Below are positions 9,106 to 10,836 of a stretch of 10,836 nt of DNA, one piece after another. The stretch's first letter is position 1; the number at the start of each line of letters is the position of its first letter. A program made the position numbers and the translations under genes. The stretch spans positions 1-10,836 of the forward strand of contig NW_021827261.1 in assembly GCF_006345805.1 (NCBI RefSeq), given 5' to 3'. The DNA comes from Octopus sinensis (lineage: Eukaryota). The notes beneath the pieces were generated by a model. The model worked only from the letters and a program-made list of their open reading frames with translations. It had not been told where the DNA came from and made no database searches.

Positions 9106-9521
9106 CGCGGGAGTGGATGTGTGGTGAGTAGCTTATTTACCAACCATATGGTTCCGGGTTCAGTCCCACTGCATGGCATCTTAGGCAAGCGTCTTCTACT
9201 AAAACATCGGGTCGACCAAAGCCTTGAGAGTAGATTTGGTAGACGGAAACTGAAAGAAGCCCGTCGTATATATACATACATACATATATATATATATATG
9301 TTTGTGTGTCTGTGTTTGTCCCCCCCCACCATCACTTAACAACCGATGCTGGTGTGTTTACGTCCTCGTAACTTAGCGGTTCGGCCAAAGTGACCGATAG
9401 AGTAAGTACTAGGCTTACAAAGAATAAGTCCTGCTGTCGATTTGTTGTTGTCGACTTAAAAAAGCGGTGCTCTAGCATGGTCGCAGTCAAATGACTGAAA
9501 CAAATAAAAGAGTAAAAGAGT
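9106..9521 (+). mobile_element. Full-length family A tRNA-derived SINE
   Basis: Collinear with 7466-7873 throughout: GGAGTGGATGTGTGGTGAGTAGCTT...GGGTTCAGTCCCACTGC...GTAGACGGAAACTGAAAGAAGCCCGTCGT...tail AAATAAAAGAGTAAAAGAGT. Confidence 0.92.
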
Positions 9522-9699
9522 ATATCTCGATATAAAATTACTTTTTTGGAAACAGACTCATTGTAGCATCTTGGGTTCATATTCCACCTATGTCGGTTGT
9601 AGATCCGTATAAAGGTCGACTTAACACCTTCCAAATAATATGGCAATGACTAGTTTATGGGACCTACAATCGCCTTTTATGAAACAGTCGAGTGTCGGG

Positions 9700-9810
9700 G
9701 TCGTTAGAGCATTGAGTACAAACGTACGATGCCTTGTAGTAATTACTCCGACTTTCTGTGCTCTGTGATCAAATCCCACCCAGATCAATTCTTTACCTGT
9801 TATCCTTTCG
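9700..9810 (+). mobile_element. Old degraded family B-like SINE
   Basis: TCGTTAGAGC...ATGCCTTGTAGTAATT...CTCTGTGATCAAATCCCACCCAGATCAATTCTTTACCTGTTATCCTTTCG follows the family B order: head, B box, GAGGTCGACTTTGCCTTTCATCCTTTCG. Confidence 0.5.
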
Positions 9811-9865
9811 ATGCACCATAGCTAAAACAAAATATTAAAAAAATCAAATACTAATTCCTCTCATC

Positions 9866-10017
9866 TTGTTCTTCTTGTTCTTGTTCTTGTTCTTCTTGTT
9901 CTTATTCTTGTGGTTGTTGTTGTTGTTGTTGTTTTTGTTGTTGTTGTTGTTGTTGTTGTTCTTCTTCTTCTTCTTCTTCTTCTTCTTCTTCTTCTTTTCC
10001 TTCTTCTTCTTCTTTCA
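9866..10017. repeat. Compound (TTCTTG)n/(TTG)n/(TTC)n microsatellite
   Basis: Seen directly. It explains the poly-Q/E, poly-L/F and poly-V/L ORFs in the track. Confidence 0.95.
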
Positions 10018-10377
10018 TTCCCTTTTTCTCTCCTTCGTGCACTCCTCTCTGGAAGATATTGGCTACGCTCAGAGCTGAGAAGGGATGGCTACCGTTAGCT
10101 CTCAAACAGATACGACACGTTACACATGCATTTAAAACATTAGATACCGATTTGAGGAATATAAAACGGGTATTTTTAGAATCTCGGTACAGTATCCTGC
10201 CCTTGTTAACCAAATAGCAATTTTCTACAATATTTAGAACATGTGTGAAAATAGAACGAACGGCGAAAATCTCAGTTAATTGCTTCGAATATCGATCTCT
10301 TCTATGAATTCTACCATTCTATGAACACTAAGGAATGGAATGGTAAAATAATTAAACCTGGAACTGAAATATATCTG

Positions 10378-10453
10378 AAATACATACATACACACACTCA
10401 CACACACGCACGCACGCACGCACACACACACACACATACACACACACACACAC
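10378..10453. repeat. (TACA)n/(CA)n/(CGCA)n microsatellite
   Basis: Seen directly. Confidence 0.93.
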
Positions 10454-10836
10454 TATGTCCCATACATGCTACTCTTTGGGAATTTACTTATTAAAATAGG
10501 AATATTTCAGAATAAGGTGAACAGAAGGGTTTTATATATAACTAAATCAAGAGTACACATGGTTAGTAGCTTACAATGAAGTCACCACATGATTGACGAT
10601 ATACTAGAAATAGTACACAGGACTACACAGCAGTACACTTTACATTCGTTAAAAAGGATGGATAACTTTGGACAATGTATACGTCAACATATCTTGAGGT
10701 ATTACTTATTTTCTGTTGCATATGTTTCATTGCTAATAGGAGTTATGTATACAATTAGAAAAGCATCTGAAGAATTATTTATCTGTGATGCTTTACATTT
10801 TTTTACAAGTATATGTACGTAAGTCCTATTAGTAAC

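Noticed and set aside
9091-9540. Possible TSD around the 9106-9521 SINE (TCGATTATAA vs TCGATATAAA)
   Set aside because: The match is imperfect, not flush with the element ends, and lies in AT-rich sequence.
6796-9646. ORFs overlapping SINEs (e.g. 6796-7083, 7152-7343, 7306-7566, 7461-7703, 8237-8500, 8979-9335, 8995-9339, 9332-9646)
   Set aside because: These are chance translations of SINE sequence. Similar peptides recur only because the repeat recurs.
9866-10213. Poly-E/poly-Q protein on the minus strand (9902-10213) and poly-L/F/V ORFs on the plus strand
   Set aside because: These derive from a compound TTG/TTC microsatellite. The non-repetitive part has no recognisable domain or splice context.

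Overview
Eukaryotic, AT-rich, repeat-dominated non-coding DNA (intronic or intergenic). I can support no intact gene, RNA gene or CRISPR array. From memory of octopus repeats (not database-checked), the SINEs point to an octopus or related cephalopod genome. Contents: (1) long compound microsatellites; (2) a heavily decayed RTE-clade LINE on the minus strand (~870-2990); (3) a Tc1/mariner deletion derivative (3813-4199); (4) about 12 copies or remnants of two tRNA-headed SINE families. 'Family A' is ~420 bp with an internal microsatellite and a (TAAAAGAG)n-like tail. 'Family B' is ~220 bp. The most unusual signals are three inversion structures. One is a 305-bp inverted duplication with only 3 mismatches inside the old LINE (1134-1438 vs 1745-2049). 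The second is a spacer-less ~280-bp fold-back palindrome within a GATA microsatellite (5998-6279). The third is a SINE with a 24-bp 5' inversion in twin-priming geometry (3334-3357). I see no evidence for a new gene system. The inverted duplications could be real rearrangements, with dsRNA potential if transcribed, or assembly artefacts.
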